Below are positions 1 to 13,707 of a stretch of DNA of 64,000 bases, piece by piece. Under the pieces are notes generated by a model, which was given only the letters and a program-made list of their open reading frames with translations, was not told where the DNA came from and did not search any database. Each line of letters starts with the position of its first letter. The first letter of the stretch is position 1. The position numbers and the translations under genes are program-made. This DNA is from Paraphysomonas bandaiensis (taxonomy: Eukaryota; Protista; Chrysophyceae): the NCBI GenBank assembly GCA_965644295.1, contig CBFFRP010000405.1, positions 142,741 to 206,740 of the forward strand, given 5' to 3'.

Positions 1-40
1 AGTTCTGACTCTTAAGCGCCTATTGCTAATAAGGCATTAC
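1..40 (+). repeat. Dispersed repeat family X, terminal fragment (copy A, cut by the window edge)
   Basis: CTGACTCTTAAGCGCCTATTGCTAATAA matches the shared end of the other copies. Confidence 0.7.
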
Positions 41-188
41 TGCTTCTATTCTCATAACCTGATTTATTACAAATACGCAAACCAAATCCTAGTAGTGACT
101 ACAGTAAAGCGTACTGCAAAAGCAATTAAGAGAAGAATCCGCTGCACTTCATCAATTATTATATAAAGGTTATTTCCAACTGAGCACA

Positions 189-3100
189 CTATTCCACAAT
201 ACTCCAAGATTTATTTGCCAGGTTGCACGGCTTTATGTCACCATCGTCATACGCGATGGTGTGCATGCCGCTGTCAACACTATATTTCGTGATAGTCCCA
301 AGGAACTCTCTATCAACCCATCGAATCCTAATTTTTTTTCCTATGAGTTCCACTGGGTCGTCGTCGCTGTCATACCCAGAGCCTTGCCAATGACCAGCAG
401 ACTTCACAGATGGGGAGTTACCCGAAAAAAGTGCACGGAGAGCAGATAGATTAGCAGTAGCGGTGGCTGCGGCAGATGGACCAGTCGTTGCTGCTCCAGC
501 TCCGCTGTATCCCCCCTGCGCATGAGACCCAGAATTCGCTGTCCTCCGCATCTTGGAGAGGAAACTACCATGAGGATAGCCACCAGTTCGCCGGCTGTTC
601 AGCCAGGAGTCCAGCCAACGCAGTCGGTCACTGTTCTGTGTAACCCACTGCCGCGCTAACATACAGTGTTTACATATACGTATAAGCATTGTAGCGCAGG
701 TCTCCGTCGCCAATACGTATTGGTAACTAGCCTGCGCAGTATATTGACACCACACACTTACAAGCCTCGCAAAGAACTGACCTTCATCTCGTCTGTCACT
801 GCTCTCATTACTTCACCTACTCTCCACTCACGGATGCCGTCGTCTACCTCGCACAACAACATTGCTCCGCGCATAGGGATCTTCATGGCTGTACCATCTT
901 CCTTCTTCATGTAGTTTACAATGGTGTCAATATAAGTCTAAAGAAATAAGTAATGGAAATGACGAGAAAACTATGCGTCAACTCACATTCGTATTAGTTT
1001 TGGAATTATAAACTGTATACTTCACTATCGGAAACACAAACTTCTTTCTATCTGGTCCTTTCACTGTCCGCAATAGCCTATACAACAAGATGTCGCGGTC
1101 ACGGTAAAAAGGATATGGCACAATCTGAGGGTCACTTGCCTGTAAATGAATACAGCACTCTCAATCATGCTTTGGGCCTCTGGACTGAGGACTGCTTGTG
1201 ATCCGTCCACAGGAACAGAAGCCTCTCCATCGGATGCTGATGGGATGTGAAGCTTGTCACTACTCTCTGGTGTCTGGTTATCACATGAGATCGAATCTGA
1301 GGACGGCACGTTTGGAAGTAGTGCTGCCACTGCCTTGAGAAGGGATCTCCAGTCTGGAAAAGTATAGCCATCTGTCATTGTCCGAGATTTGTGATTTCCA
1401 GCCTCTACGCCCCCCACAAGTGTGGGATACGGGGTATCATGAGCAAGAAACAAGGACACAAGACACGCAATGTAATTTCTTGACTGCATTATGGATCTAC
1501 ATCTCTCAGAGTGCTTCGCGAGAACAGAAATGGGGGAGAAAAATACACTTATGTTTCGCCATTGCAACTGCGCATCACGGAGCAATTGTATAAGCTGTGA
1601 CGCCAGTTCTAGCGAGAGGGTAGAACCATCCTCCACGCCGTCGTCGTCGCTGGACACAACGCCGCTGTAATCCGTTGCGTCGCTGTGCAATACGACCTCC
1701 ATTGCTACAAGAATGACCTTCATGATTGACGAACGCACGTCCCCGTCATCGATATCCAGTAAGAGACCTTTCAGTAGATTTGTGACACGAGCTCTGGAAT
1801 GAATAGGCTCAGATTCATCCGAAGATGAAGATGTGACACTCTCTGCAGATGACACTGAGTGAGTGGGAGTAACTAACTTGGTTTGACGCCGACAGAGCAT
1901 TCCGAGAAGATGGAAAGCACAGGCAGGATTTCGACGAAGAAGTTTATCCATTATCCAGGCACACCACTGAGCAACATACTCCCGTTCCCTGGCCTGCGCG
2001 AGAGTACCGAAAGTAAAGCTAACAGCACACTCCAACAAGCTACAGTCGATCTCTCTACTATGTCCAACATAACCTGAGCGCTGAATCAACTCACCAGTAA
2101 ATTTATAGTAACGCGCATTGAAAATACTTTTTGTACGCCAGAAAGACTCATTGTCTTTGCGAATCAAGTCCACTACAGCAGCAGAAGTAGATTCCGCAGT
2201 TGAGTCCGCAGATTCTGACTCGCTAGACACGTGTTTAGAAGGGCGTATTTTCTTATCGTAGACTAACATAAAAGCGTTTCGTGCCTTCTCTTGCAACTTC
2301 GCGTTGTTCACAGTCGTTCCGCCCCTGGAGCCTGCAGATGTATTGCCGCTACCTCTCCATACTTCCTCGCCACCAAAGCACTCGTCTTCTAGGTCATCGA
2401 TGTCAAACTCCGACACAAAACTATCGTTGAACTCAAACCAGGAGGGTTCACTGCGAGTGTTGCGATTAGATTTGCCATGAATACTTGACCGCTCCTTAAT
2501 GTACGAGTAATAGTGGCCGCTGTGGGCAGTACCAACATGGACAACAACTCCGGCCAATTCATATATATAGTCAGACCTGTCTACCGAATCTCTGTCACCA
2601 CCACATCCTTCGTCTTCTCCACGTGCAGAAACCTCGTCCCCTTCGTCACGACCTTCTACTGTATACGGAAACATATCTAACTCCAACGGAAACGTGAATC
2701 GTTCGTTAATTTTTATTTGCTGCATAGTTTCAAAATCGAATTCAAAACGCTTGAGGTGTATTATAAGGTGCCGCGGCAACGAACGAATGCTGACCCTTTT
2801 CACAGTGGGAAGAGATTCCTTAGTGACTTTCTTACCCCCATCATTCTCGTGGGACGTTTCCCAAGTATAATCCACAGTCTCCCCTTCGATAAAACTTGCC
2901 AGTCCATCTTCTAGCGTATTTCTGCCTTGTCCTACTGACACTGAGAGCATAAAAAAAGGCTCAGCCCTTTCCGATCTTTTCCCACCTTCCGCCAGAAGTT
3001 CGTTGCAAAACATCCCGCCAAATGTATCTTTGAGGAGTGCTTCTCCTCGAGACGACATTAAGCATCCCTCAACTTGCTGGAAGAAATTAGATAGAAATTC

Positions 3101-6100
3101 TGATGCATCTTGTTGAACATTTACATCTGTTGGTTGACCTTCGTAATCTTTAAAGGATGCGCTGAAACCCGTGGGATCCACGAAGGCTTTGTCACTTTCC
3201 TGCAGATATGCAAACAAAAGTTGCAGTTGAAACAACATATTCTCCGCAGCTTCACTGGAGTCCATTGACGCAATATCAACATCAGTATCTGCACCGAGTA
3301 TACCGTTTCTGAACTCCGGCACCATAAATAGCTGTTGCAATGTACTATTCATGTAACATATGCAACTCGGATTGTAGAGGCCACAATATCCAGTTTTACT
3401 CTTCGGAATAAGTACATCCTTCCCATGTCGCTTGAGAGACTTATTGGCACCAACCTTCCTGGTGTGGGAAGACCTTGTTTCATCCCAGTGTGCCATCGAG
3501 TGATGGGGCAGTACAAGACGTAGAACTTGTTGCATATTATCAACGCACCCTCGACAAAGCTCATTTAACAGCGAAAATGCCATATCTCTGCTACGCAATG
3601 TTTTGCACTTCGGGAGCGGGGCTTGGGAAGACCGCATCACAACAGAGAGGTCATCACGCTGACCGGTCAAGAACAGACAATCTCGAAATATTTGCAGCAC
3701 CAAGCCCTTATCGACACCGATAATACGTTTTATTTCTTCTGCTGATCCAGTCAACAATAACGCCTCTAGAAACGATTTGAACAAAAGCATAATACCCTGC
3801 AGGAGCTTGTCTTCATCGTCTTCTTCCTCCGACAGCTCGCGGGAGGGATGCATTGTTACCATGTCGCACAACTCAAACGCAAATGATTTCAAATCAAGAT
3901 TGTCAAACAGATCTATGCTTTCCCTCATAGAAGAAATTCGAATCAACTCAGAAAAGAGAAAAAAGTATTCTGTGGGTTCAACTATGCCATCTGGTTCATC
4001 TGATGGGAGAGTAACGGCTGATGCAACTTCAGGGAGAAACTCATGTAGTGCCCGTAAAATTCCCGCATATAAACCAGAATCGCCTACCGCAACCGCTGCA
4101 TTGCACAACTGAATTAACCCTTTGCTCATCATATCTCTCACAGTCCCATCAGCACATTCAATTAAAGATACATGTAGCATATCAGACAGACTCCCATCGG
4201 CCTTCAAACCGTCCAAAGCGTTGGGAAGACGCTCAGCGAGTGACGCCACCAAGGAAAGGCCATATTGCACAATCAGAGCTGCATGATTAATTCTCCCCAC
4301 AGAGTCCCCATCGTTATCCTCTTCGTCATCCAGCGACTCCTTGCGTCTGTCCGGCGCAGCCACAGCCGCTGAGGTATTCTTCGCAGCACTACTGAAATAT
4401 TGCTCAAATCTTGCGACCCGACTAAGCTTACGGCGCCTCTTTGCAACAGCACTGTGATTCGGGACCTCTCCATCAAAACTACTAGAACTCCGACGCCTCA
4501 TCACCACAGGGTCCAGCATCAATTCGGCACCATCACTTCCAAACCACCCCCCGCGTGCAGACACGCTAGTCACAACTTGCACCGTGCGCATTAATTTTGT
4601 CACGACATCTGCTGCAGACCGAGATCCAAATAATTCGTTTGTGTTTATTAATCCGCTCAAACGGCAGGAGAGAGACTCATCACTTCCACACTTGTCACTG
4701 TTGACAAGCTGGGCAAGAAGCTGCAGTTGCAGAGCTAAGCAGAGTTCTTTTTGCAGCAGACTTGTACTGACTTCGCTTGTAGAAATATCCCTGGCCTCTT
4801 CCTCAACATCAACAGCGAGAGCAAGTTCAAGTAAATAATGAGGGCCACCAAGACGCACGAATGACTCTCCCCACTTGATTGCCTCCGCCTTTTCTTTAGC
4901 CGAGGAAAATTCATTACTTAGGGGGTCTAAAAGTGTCGATATAATCTTCAGCTTGTACTGCTGTCGCAGAATACCTCCTTCACTCAACAGTGACTCCCAT
5001 GACACGGCCGTTGAGCCATCTACCGCTCCGCCAAGAGACTTCATTTCTGCCAAGAGATCACTATTGATAGGCAGGAGGTCTAACAGATCCCAAGCACTCT
5101 GCGAAACTTCAACAGATTCATCGGAGAGGATCTCGAACATCAGCAAGAGGTGAGTTTTACTATCAGATAGGACCTTTCGTGGGTACATCTGATCGCTGTC
5201 GGGGTCTTCGGCAAGAGTCATGGCAGGACAAGTGGGTTTGCACTGAAGAGTATCATCTGTTGGAGAGCGGAGGATAACAACATCAATAAATGAGTTGACA
5301 CCTGTAGCTTCGGCCATCTGGTCATCCTGCTCGAAAGTGAGGATTGTTCTACTACTATTTACGAGACGTAGCAGACGTGGAGACACTTTAAAGTCGCGAG
5401 CGATACGTGCACGTAAAGCCCCGATGGTGACAGTACCTTTCTTGAAAAGATAAACCACGCTCTGATTAGCGGGTGCACTTGCCCCTTCTCTCTTCCAGAA
5501 CACTGTCAGACGGAATACCCCAGTGCCCGTCAGAGACGAAGTCCCATAGCTAGTAGTTGATGAAGTGTAATGTTGAAGATTAGCGCTAGTGGAGCAAATA
5601 TCATCAAAAAAACGGCTCAGAATTTTTAATATTCTACTGATCTTGGTGTTAGTTGTGCTGGTGTGGTCGTTCATGGTAGCCATACTGTGAATTCTATTCA
5701 TGCAGTATTTAGTAAACTGTATCCATGCTTTCTTTCTGTCAATCGCGGAAGCGTACTTAATCTGTAGAGATATCAAGAAGTCAGCTGCTGTTTTCGCCAC
5801 CGTCATACTATCCGTATAAAGATACGCTCTCATGAGGATGTCAAAACCAGCTAGGTCTGTAGATACCACATTCACAATAAAGTGTAATTTATTGTGAGCA
5901 TACAATAACTTTTTCTGTCTACCGTTGACACTTCGAAATAATTTTTCAATTGCTGCGAATCCTTGCACATCAAGGTGTGCCATATCATATCCCTCGGGAG
6001 GGTCAGATGCCCCTATTAGTCTCGTGAATAAGCCATCAACTGCATCATCAGTAAGGCATTTTCTACTTGCTGTCGTGGTTAACTTCGACGATGACCCGTA

Positions 6101-9100
6101 GTAATTATAGTATGTGGTGTTAGTAGTCGGTGCAGTCGTAGAGTCATCCATTAATGCCGACTGTATCCATCCAAAAAACTGCTCCATGACCTCGGGTCGG
6201 CCGCTCGACGAAAACTGATGCCAAAGCGTGTGTATCTTCCTAAAATCGATATCCAAGCTTGAGTTAACTAGTATGAACTCCAGGAACGACATGCAGATTT
6301 TCACATGACTACCATCAACACACTCCGTAGCGACAGGTGATGGAAGCAAGTTTGCAGTAGGGGCAGTCACAACAGATTCCACAGTCATATCATCCAGCAT
6401 AGCAGTGTCTGAGTCGCCGCCAAGTCCCTTTCCGATGAACACCATTAATGCATCGATAAGGTCGTAGTTATCCTCACAGTGCTTGATGATCTGGTCCCTT
6501 GAGAGTGCTACCTTTGCATGCAAACCTCGCGAAGCTTCGGGTTGTTGTTCAACAATTCGCCTTAGCAAATGCATCGCAGCAAGAGCATCAAGTGGAAAGG
6601 TGGCTTGGCCATCAGGTGCTTGGGCGATTGGCATAGGTTTCCCACGGATGATATCTATGCAACGCTCCATATACACAGGCAACAATTTCCGCATCTGCAC
6701 TGCGGACAAAATAGAGGCAAGGGCATCTGCAGCAACCCTCTGTGTAGACGACAGAGAAAAATCCGACGACAAAGACGTCCTAGTCATAAGGCTCTCCCAG
6801 AGGAGTGACAGTCCAGGGTCGTCTGCAGTGATGCTACTAGACGAGCCGGAAACAGACACGGCATTCTCGAGAACTCCCTTCACCAGTCCCAGTTTAGCTT
6901 CATCAATCGGCCTGGGTAAAGTGCGGATAAGTCCCAGCAGCACGGCCAGATAATCAGGGGAAAGCTTGCCGGAAAGTGAGGCCAGGAGCGTATACGCAGT
7001 GCGGGTAGTCCCAGAAGAAGCTGAGGTCTGACCAGCGCGCCAGAGTAGCTGCAAGTGAGATTCTGTTAGGGCACCTTTAGACGCAACGAACAACAGTAGA
7101 GTTTGGGACCGCTTCAGTATTTCATCGTGGTTATCCGAAAGCCCGTGGTCGCGAAGGACAGCAGAGTCGCCTGATGCATAAGTTACATGATAGTTAGCAC
7201 TACACAAACCGCACCTAGCACGAGTTCAACGATATCATTACTACAGACCCAACTACAGACCCACGAAGACGTCAACCAATGAATAGTAGGCTCACCAACG
7301 TGCTGCCTACTGCCATACGAGTAATAGCTCATTGCCGCACTCCCGTAAGTTTTCTTAGCCAATTCCTTCTTATTCAGTAAATCGAGGATATCGTTGAGAA
7401 AAGACAGGCCACGAATACGCAGATTCAGATAAGGTGACGTCATGAACACCTTACACAAGAACAGCTTATACTTCTCTGTTGTGCAGACAGCAAGTAATTA
7501 ATTCCATGAGATAACTTGCAATGAACTACTCACCATGAGTCTCGTGGAAAGGAAAATCTTTCCATAGAGACCGCAAAATCAACTCTAGGTCTTTCCAAAT
7601 AGCATCCACTGGACCAATGCAATCCCCGGTGGTGCTAACCTCCATCAATTCCCTCAGATCGGTATCGCAACCCACTTGATGCAAGCGCCGCACAACGGCA
7701 AGTTGTAGATCTGGCAGAAAGGAAGCACAGAACTTCTTTGTAAATAAGTAAGAAACACCCCGCACCAACGCCACCAGGGAATGAACTTCTGCCAGAGAAA
7801 GCATAGATGAAGTGGTAGTGGGAGGATCAATAAGACGGCATATAGCAGCGAACCCCCCTTTGCTCCCGAAATGGTTTAAATTTGTGATCAATAGCTTTGA
7901 AGTCTCCTGCAGACCACTGCTGCTTCCCATCAGCACACTACGAGTAGACTTTGCAACCTTTGATACTGGTCCATCCAACATGAGGTCCGTGGACGACAAG
8001 TAGACGTCATCAGCAGCAATGCCGATTCCATAATGATCGTAATACCACGTGAGGTTGCTGCGCCAGACATCATTAGTAAAGGATCCTCGATTCACACAAC
8101 TAGATATCATGTGAAGAAAACTTACTCATCCAACATAAATAGCCGCCCAAGCATTTGCTGTTTTCCCATATTGAAGTCGCCCTGCATCATACTCGCAATC
8201 AGGACATCCAACGCATCTCGTAGCAGTCCGTTAACAGTAGGCAGGACGGAACAGTCCGCAAACGAAGAGGTTAGCAGCTGCATAGAGTCCATCACCACAT
8301 GCAGTACTCAGCAGTAACCACGTACCGTATCGATAACTCTACAAGCTTCAGTTCTCCAGAAGCTCTCAAACTCTGTCATTGATTTACAATCACTATCTGC
8401 AAAAGCTCTGAGCTCGTTCCTAGTCCGTTTCATTTCTTGCAGTGATAACGCACACTCCACGCCCTGCTCCCGTTTGGACCACCCTGTGTCTTTTCCTGAT
8501 GTTTGAGTACCAAGCTCTGCAAGCTTCGTAGATCCTCGAGACATTACTTCATCCCACTTCGAGGCCCAGCCCTTGAAGTGAACCTTGACGTGAGTTGCAT
8601 CCGCCTCGACGATCTGATCAGCACCCAACAACAATTATATCCACAGCAAACACACACAGAACTATTTCTACCTGAGCAACACACCAGTTGTTGATACTGT
8701 CCAGCGCGTCACACCAATCGCCTTCACAGAGAGAGAATCCGCTCCATTTTACTGGGCCATCTGTAAGATAGAATTCAATACTACTTCGATGCAATCGCTT
8801 GACAGACCTCGTGAGACGCGCTGCACTGATATATATACAGAGCCAGACTCACTACCGTTGTCAATTATAGCGGGCTCCAAAAGCTCAAATCCTTCATCTG
8901 TACTTTGTTACTAGCGTATAAGAGCAAGATTTTGTGTACCTGGTTGCTTACTGTCATAGACAAGCTGAATGTGACCTATTGGATCGATATCTTTTCCTCT
9001 CCGAAAATATATATATGCACCTTTCGATAGACCTTTCAGCATATTTTTTGGAAGTTTCTCAAACTCTTCTATATCGACATCGCCATCTCCATGAACAACT

Positions 9101-9355
9101 CTTATTTCAACGATGGGGTCTCCTCGACCTGCTCCGTCATGGTACCACAGAAAGCTCGGTGATTTCCCGGATCCTCTATTCAGCTCCGCTTGACCGCCAT
9201 CAGGAAGAGCAATTTTATGAAACCCCTGAGTAAAAATAGCAGATATCAAATGCAGAAATACGACTAAAATACAGCAGAGTGTAAGTGACTAAATAACTCA
9301 CAGGAGGAGCCAGTGACGATCCATATGTAATATCCAAGTCTGTTATTCCGGGCAT
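189..9355 (-). CDS. Multi-exon ubiquitin-specific protease (USP9X/USP24/USP34-like, peptidase C19) with N-terminal MABP-like and Tudor/MBT-like domains and a C-terminal Tudor-like domain
   Basis: ORF 1061..7207 has a Cys box (GLYNPSCICYMNSTLQQL), QQDASEF, HLKRFEFD, a His box (YELAGVVVHVGTAHSGHYYSYI) and WFEFND. Upstream ORFs 7183-7458, 7526-8110, 8308-8634 and 8911-9249 join via short introns. Start ATG at 9355 (MPGITDLDITYG) with first intron 9226-9301. Last exon ends at 189. Internal exon boundaries are approximate. Confidence 0.92.
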
Positions 9356-12300
9356 TGTACAAGATACGACGAATTAAATTAGCACCTACTCGTCAGCAGG
9401 GGATCATGTGTTTTCTATTCGACACCTCTGTTGATATTCCTATGCTTTGATGCATGCAATGAGCTCTATGATCTGCTATATATATATACACCTACGAAAA
9501 ATGCATCCCCACACCACCATATCTACTGCTGTGCATAGGCATACAGTACCAGTACTCGTACTGCTGTACTCTCACTCCTCTGCTCTGCTCTGCTGTATCT
9601 CTGCAACACTTCGTCCTACCACACAAGTCCAGAAAAATGAATTCTGTTTTTTTGTATGGGAGTGTGTGTAGGAGGGGGTTGAAGTGGAGATATTCTGGTC
9701 TGCAGAATTCAGCGTTTATGTACGTGATTCAGCGTTAATGTACGTCCCTCTTAACGACCATATCGAGCGTATGGCTGCATAAAAGTACTTATATATATAT
9801 AGTCTTGTAGAGGACTCTTATTACTACTATGTGCCTTACTGACAATATCTACCGTGTGTAATCAGGTCAGTATTCCCAGTGAATAAGCGAACGTCATGAA
9901 ATAACAAATATGTTCCAGTGGCCACCATAAGGCGCGATGACAATACCTAAGAACTGTTTAAGTATCGATATTAGGCAGTCTAATATGCCCTACCTCTCAT
10001 TGGGTGGCTTCATACTCCACTACGGTTGCCACAAAGGTGTCTGGTATTACACTTACCAGGGTCAGTCAGAGCAGTGTAAATTGATTGATGATAATTAGAA
10101 TTGTTGTAGTTTCATAGAGATGTGCACAAACCGGTGATGTGGGAGTGCTTAATTCCTGTCAGTTGTTGTTTTTGCGATCCGAGCCAGGAAATGCATTGAC
10201 TGTGGCCACTGCCTTCGAATTGATTGGCAATCGAAGCAAGCCTTTGTAGTGCTACAGTTGAGAGACGTGTTGATGCGTATGCCGAACGGCAATGTCAGTG
10301 ATGCCGTCAAATTACTTTTTAATGTTTGCATGTGTTGAAACGTTAAATATCGGGATGTACCAAAACCTTCATAAGATCAATTAGAAGCATATATATCGAG
10401 AGGACAAAACAAGAGTTATTATTGATAGTGATCCAAGTCAAGAACTATCCAGTATCAAGAATTATAGTCCAAAGCTTCATGGAATGTACAACTTGTGAAA
10501 GGTTTAAACTTGGCACAAAGGTGTACATGAATTTCTAAATGAGAAAGCAAAGAAATTAACTTCGATTAGTTTGGATATATATATTTTTAGTAAGCCAATC
10601 TTGCCTATGATTATTATTTCCGTAATTAAGTGTTTGAATCATCGCTTGGGGGTGTTGAAGTGCTGTCCGAGAAAGTTTCCGGTAGTTTTAATATTCATAG
10701 ATTTTGTAGTGCGTATGTATTGAGTTATATCCACACATTAAACTACAACCAACTCCATAATGGGGTAATAATATAATAAAAGCATACAGGGGTACTGAGG
10801 GAAGGTTGTAAGGCAATGAGGTAGCATACATGGGTGCCTTGGCTAGTGGCTATACCTAGGCAGTACGCAGAATTAGGAGAGAGGAGTGCATAATATTCAA
10901 TTGTTATAATATATATATATATACATTTTCAAGATTATAAAAGCATTGTAGACATAGAATAGAGTGTACTTTGTAGCTTTGGTTTCCTCTGGGGGCGATA
11001 TGGGGGCTGATGGGGTGGTGCATGTAAGTGCTTGTGATTGGGGTATAATGTACAATTAGTAGTTGGTGTGAAAAGAGTTTCCATACGTGTCAACATGTGT
11101 ATAAAGCCAAAATATAGCTAAACATACAATGTTCATATTGTATACAATGTACTTGTCATGTTTTTCATCATCTGGAGGTCACCTAACAGCCTCTGGTGGT
11201 TGACATATAGAGGAGAACTATATCTGTATTGGAATAGTAAATTACAAGCTTATTATTATTATATCTTGGGTTACCTGCTGTCACAGTATATATACTTATG
11301 ATTTATATGTTTTTACGATATCTATGAAGGTGCACTCGGCTCAAGGGCTCACTGTGATGAATACTGGTGATATGCATATTAAGGGTGTGAGCGTGTGTCA
11401 ATGTGTTTCAACTCTGTACATATTTTCATACTCTCACTATAGAAAAGATAAAAGTTATACGCTCTATGAGTATAAATATATATAGACTCCGTATATTTAA
11501 GTCAACTTTTGGCCTTCTACTGCTCTTCTTCTTCATAATTACCAGATCGCCTGCTTGCTCAATAAGATGCTTAATAACGACTGGAATAACCCACTTAATG
11601 ATGCCACGAATAAACCTCGTCTTATCTTTGCTTTAAAGGGTTGTGACATTGCTGTCTTATGTCGATATTGTCTTGTATTTGTTGCTATCTTTTAATGTGT
11701 CTATCACGTCTTTTATCTCTTCCACAGATAGAGCTCCATTATTGGGGTAAACCGTATGCAATAAATTACCTTTTTTACATCTACCCTTTTCTTAATAGAA
11801 TGCTGTATTTTTAGGGTAAAATAGTAAAAATAGTAAAAATGGGAGAAAAAAATAAATTGCCGCCATCCTTTAATCTGAGGGTGTGGGGAATAGTGAGTGG
11901 TGATGATGAGTGAGAACTTTTCTCGTTTTTCTGGACTTGTCTGGTAGGACTTCGACTTATGCTTCCAAGAGTGTTCTAAAAAAGTGACCTTTCTTAAAAA
12001 AAAAGAAGCCATGCTCAAGAAAACTACGACCTTGAGGTGTTATTCCTGGACATGGTATGGAAAGTTCGTGTCGAGCACTTCGTTTTTTTCAGTTTTTATA
12101 TCATGCCTTTATTCAGACCAGGTCATCCCTTCATACAAAAAAAAGCTCACACACCTTCCATGTCAAGTCGTCACGTCAAGGATCTTGTTTGGATACTTCT
12201 CTCACAGTAAACACCCCAACACATAAGAGTGGATGCTTCCAGTGGTCAGCCATATCAACACTGACATCTGGTCGAATATCAGATGATGGGGAGTGAGAGG

Positions 12301-13182
12301 GATGTAATCCTGGTCCTCTGAACCTGAAGATATACTCAGAGTTGCTGTCTCTTCCTGTAAGCTCACTGTTTGCTTGGTTTTGGGGAAACAATTATTAAAT
12401 TACTATATAAATATTAGCGATTCTTCCATGGAAAGAACTCACTTCATTATTGGTCACATTCATAGTGTGTTTCTGGATATAAACTCCTTGCTGTGATTGA
12501 AGAATATGAAGGTTATCTGTACAGACGCAACAGAGGTTATCACGCCTATGTCTTATCTGGCTTTAAAATAAGACTTCGTTCTCGCAAGTGTTAAAGTAAT
12601 CATCTTATGACGTATCAGTGTAGAGGACCTATACATGATCATTATAAGTGTGGAATATGTTCTGTGTGTTCACTCAGTGTGCTTCAACAATACGTTCCTA
12701 CATGTGTGGTATATGATCTGTGTGCTCTATGTATATCCTCTATATATGTGTAGAGTGTAAGAATTTAATAATGTATACTTGCATCGTGGTCTGAAACTGT
12801 CATATTCTAGTTTATGTTTCTGCAACATTTCTATGCAGAATTTTTCTACCTATTGCACACGGTCAGAGGGAGCTACATTCCCTCTAGATTTAAACAATAA
12901 TATACACTTATCCCCATTTTATCTCAAAAGAAGTGTTTCATTGACCTGAAATGGGTTCAACAGAGCGCTCATATCAGCACCAGGCAAAAATAGACTTCAA
13001 AATTCGGTTTCAACAGAAACTCTCTTCTATCCTCATTATGATGATGACTATTACATCTACTCCTGACTGTATAGAAATTTAAAAAAATATTACATATATA
13101 CAACACACCAGGCTGAGTCATTGGTGATTAATATATCTCCACAATCCCACCACTCCTCTCAGCATCAAGTTTCGTCTTCTAA

Positions 13183-13707
13183 TAGTGAATGTCGTATTAT
13201 TAGCAATATGCGCTTAAGAGTCAAAACTAATTTAGCATTGCAATTTAACTAATTCGTGCTTAGCTATAATATCCTACTATTTAGCGCTACGAAAGCTATT
13301 TGTACGTCATTGCAAGCACCACAGAGCAACCACTTTCGCTCTATCGCTCAAAACAAACGCAGTAAGCGAGAATAATGTTGATATACCTGGCATCTGATGA
13401 CTTCAGGATTTTTGAGTCCTAAAGGTGAGCTTCCCGGATGCTTGCCTTCAGCAGGCAGCCAAATTTCCCGGATGTCCTTGAGATGGGCCCATTCTCGGAT
13501 GCCTGTTTATTCGTCAAGGCCTAAAGACTTTACACAAGTGACACTTATTTTAGTGTACCTTGTACCACACAACAAGCATTTGGCTATGAGTAGGCAGAAT
13601 AATATCTGCTGACTATATATGTGGCTCACGTTAGTCTCTTGGAGAAATGTCTCTGGTACTTATCCCCCAGAACACTACAAAAATATGCGAGTTCAACTTT
13701 GATGAGG
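13183..13707 (-). repeat. Dispersed repeat family X, full-length copy B
   Basis: Reverse-complement homology over about 500 bp to 45250-45712 and direct homology to 46496-46948 (e.g. ACACAAGTGACACTTATT, ATATCTGCTGACTAT, TTATCCCCCAGAACAC, GCGAGTTCAACTTTG). Confidence 0.88.

Noticed and set aside
6483-6953. Antisense ORFs overlapping USP, BRR2, Copia and other genes
   Set aside because: Shadow frames of real coding sequence on the opposite strand.
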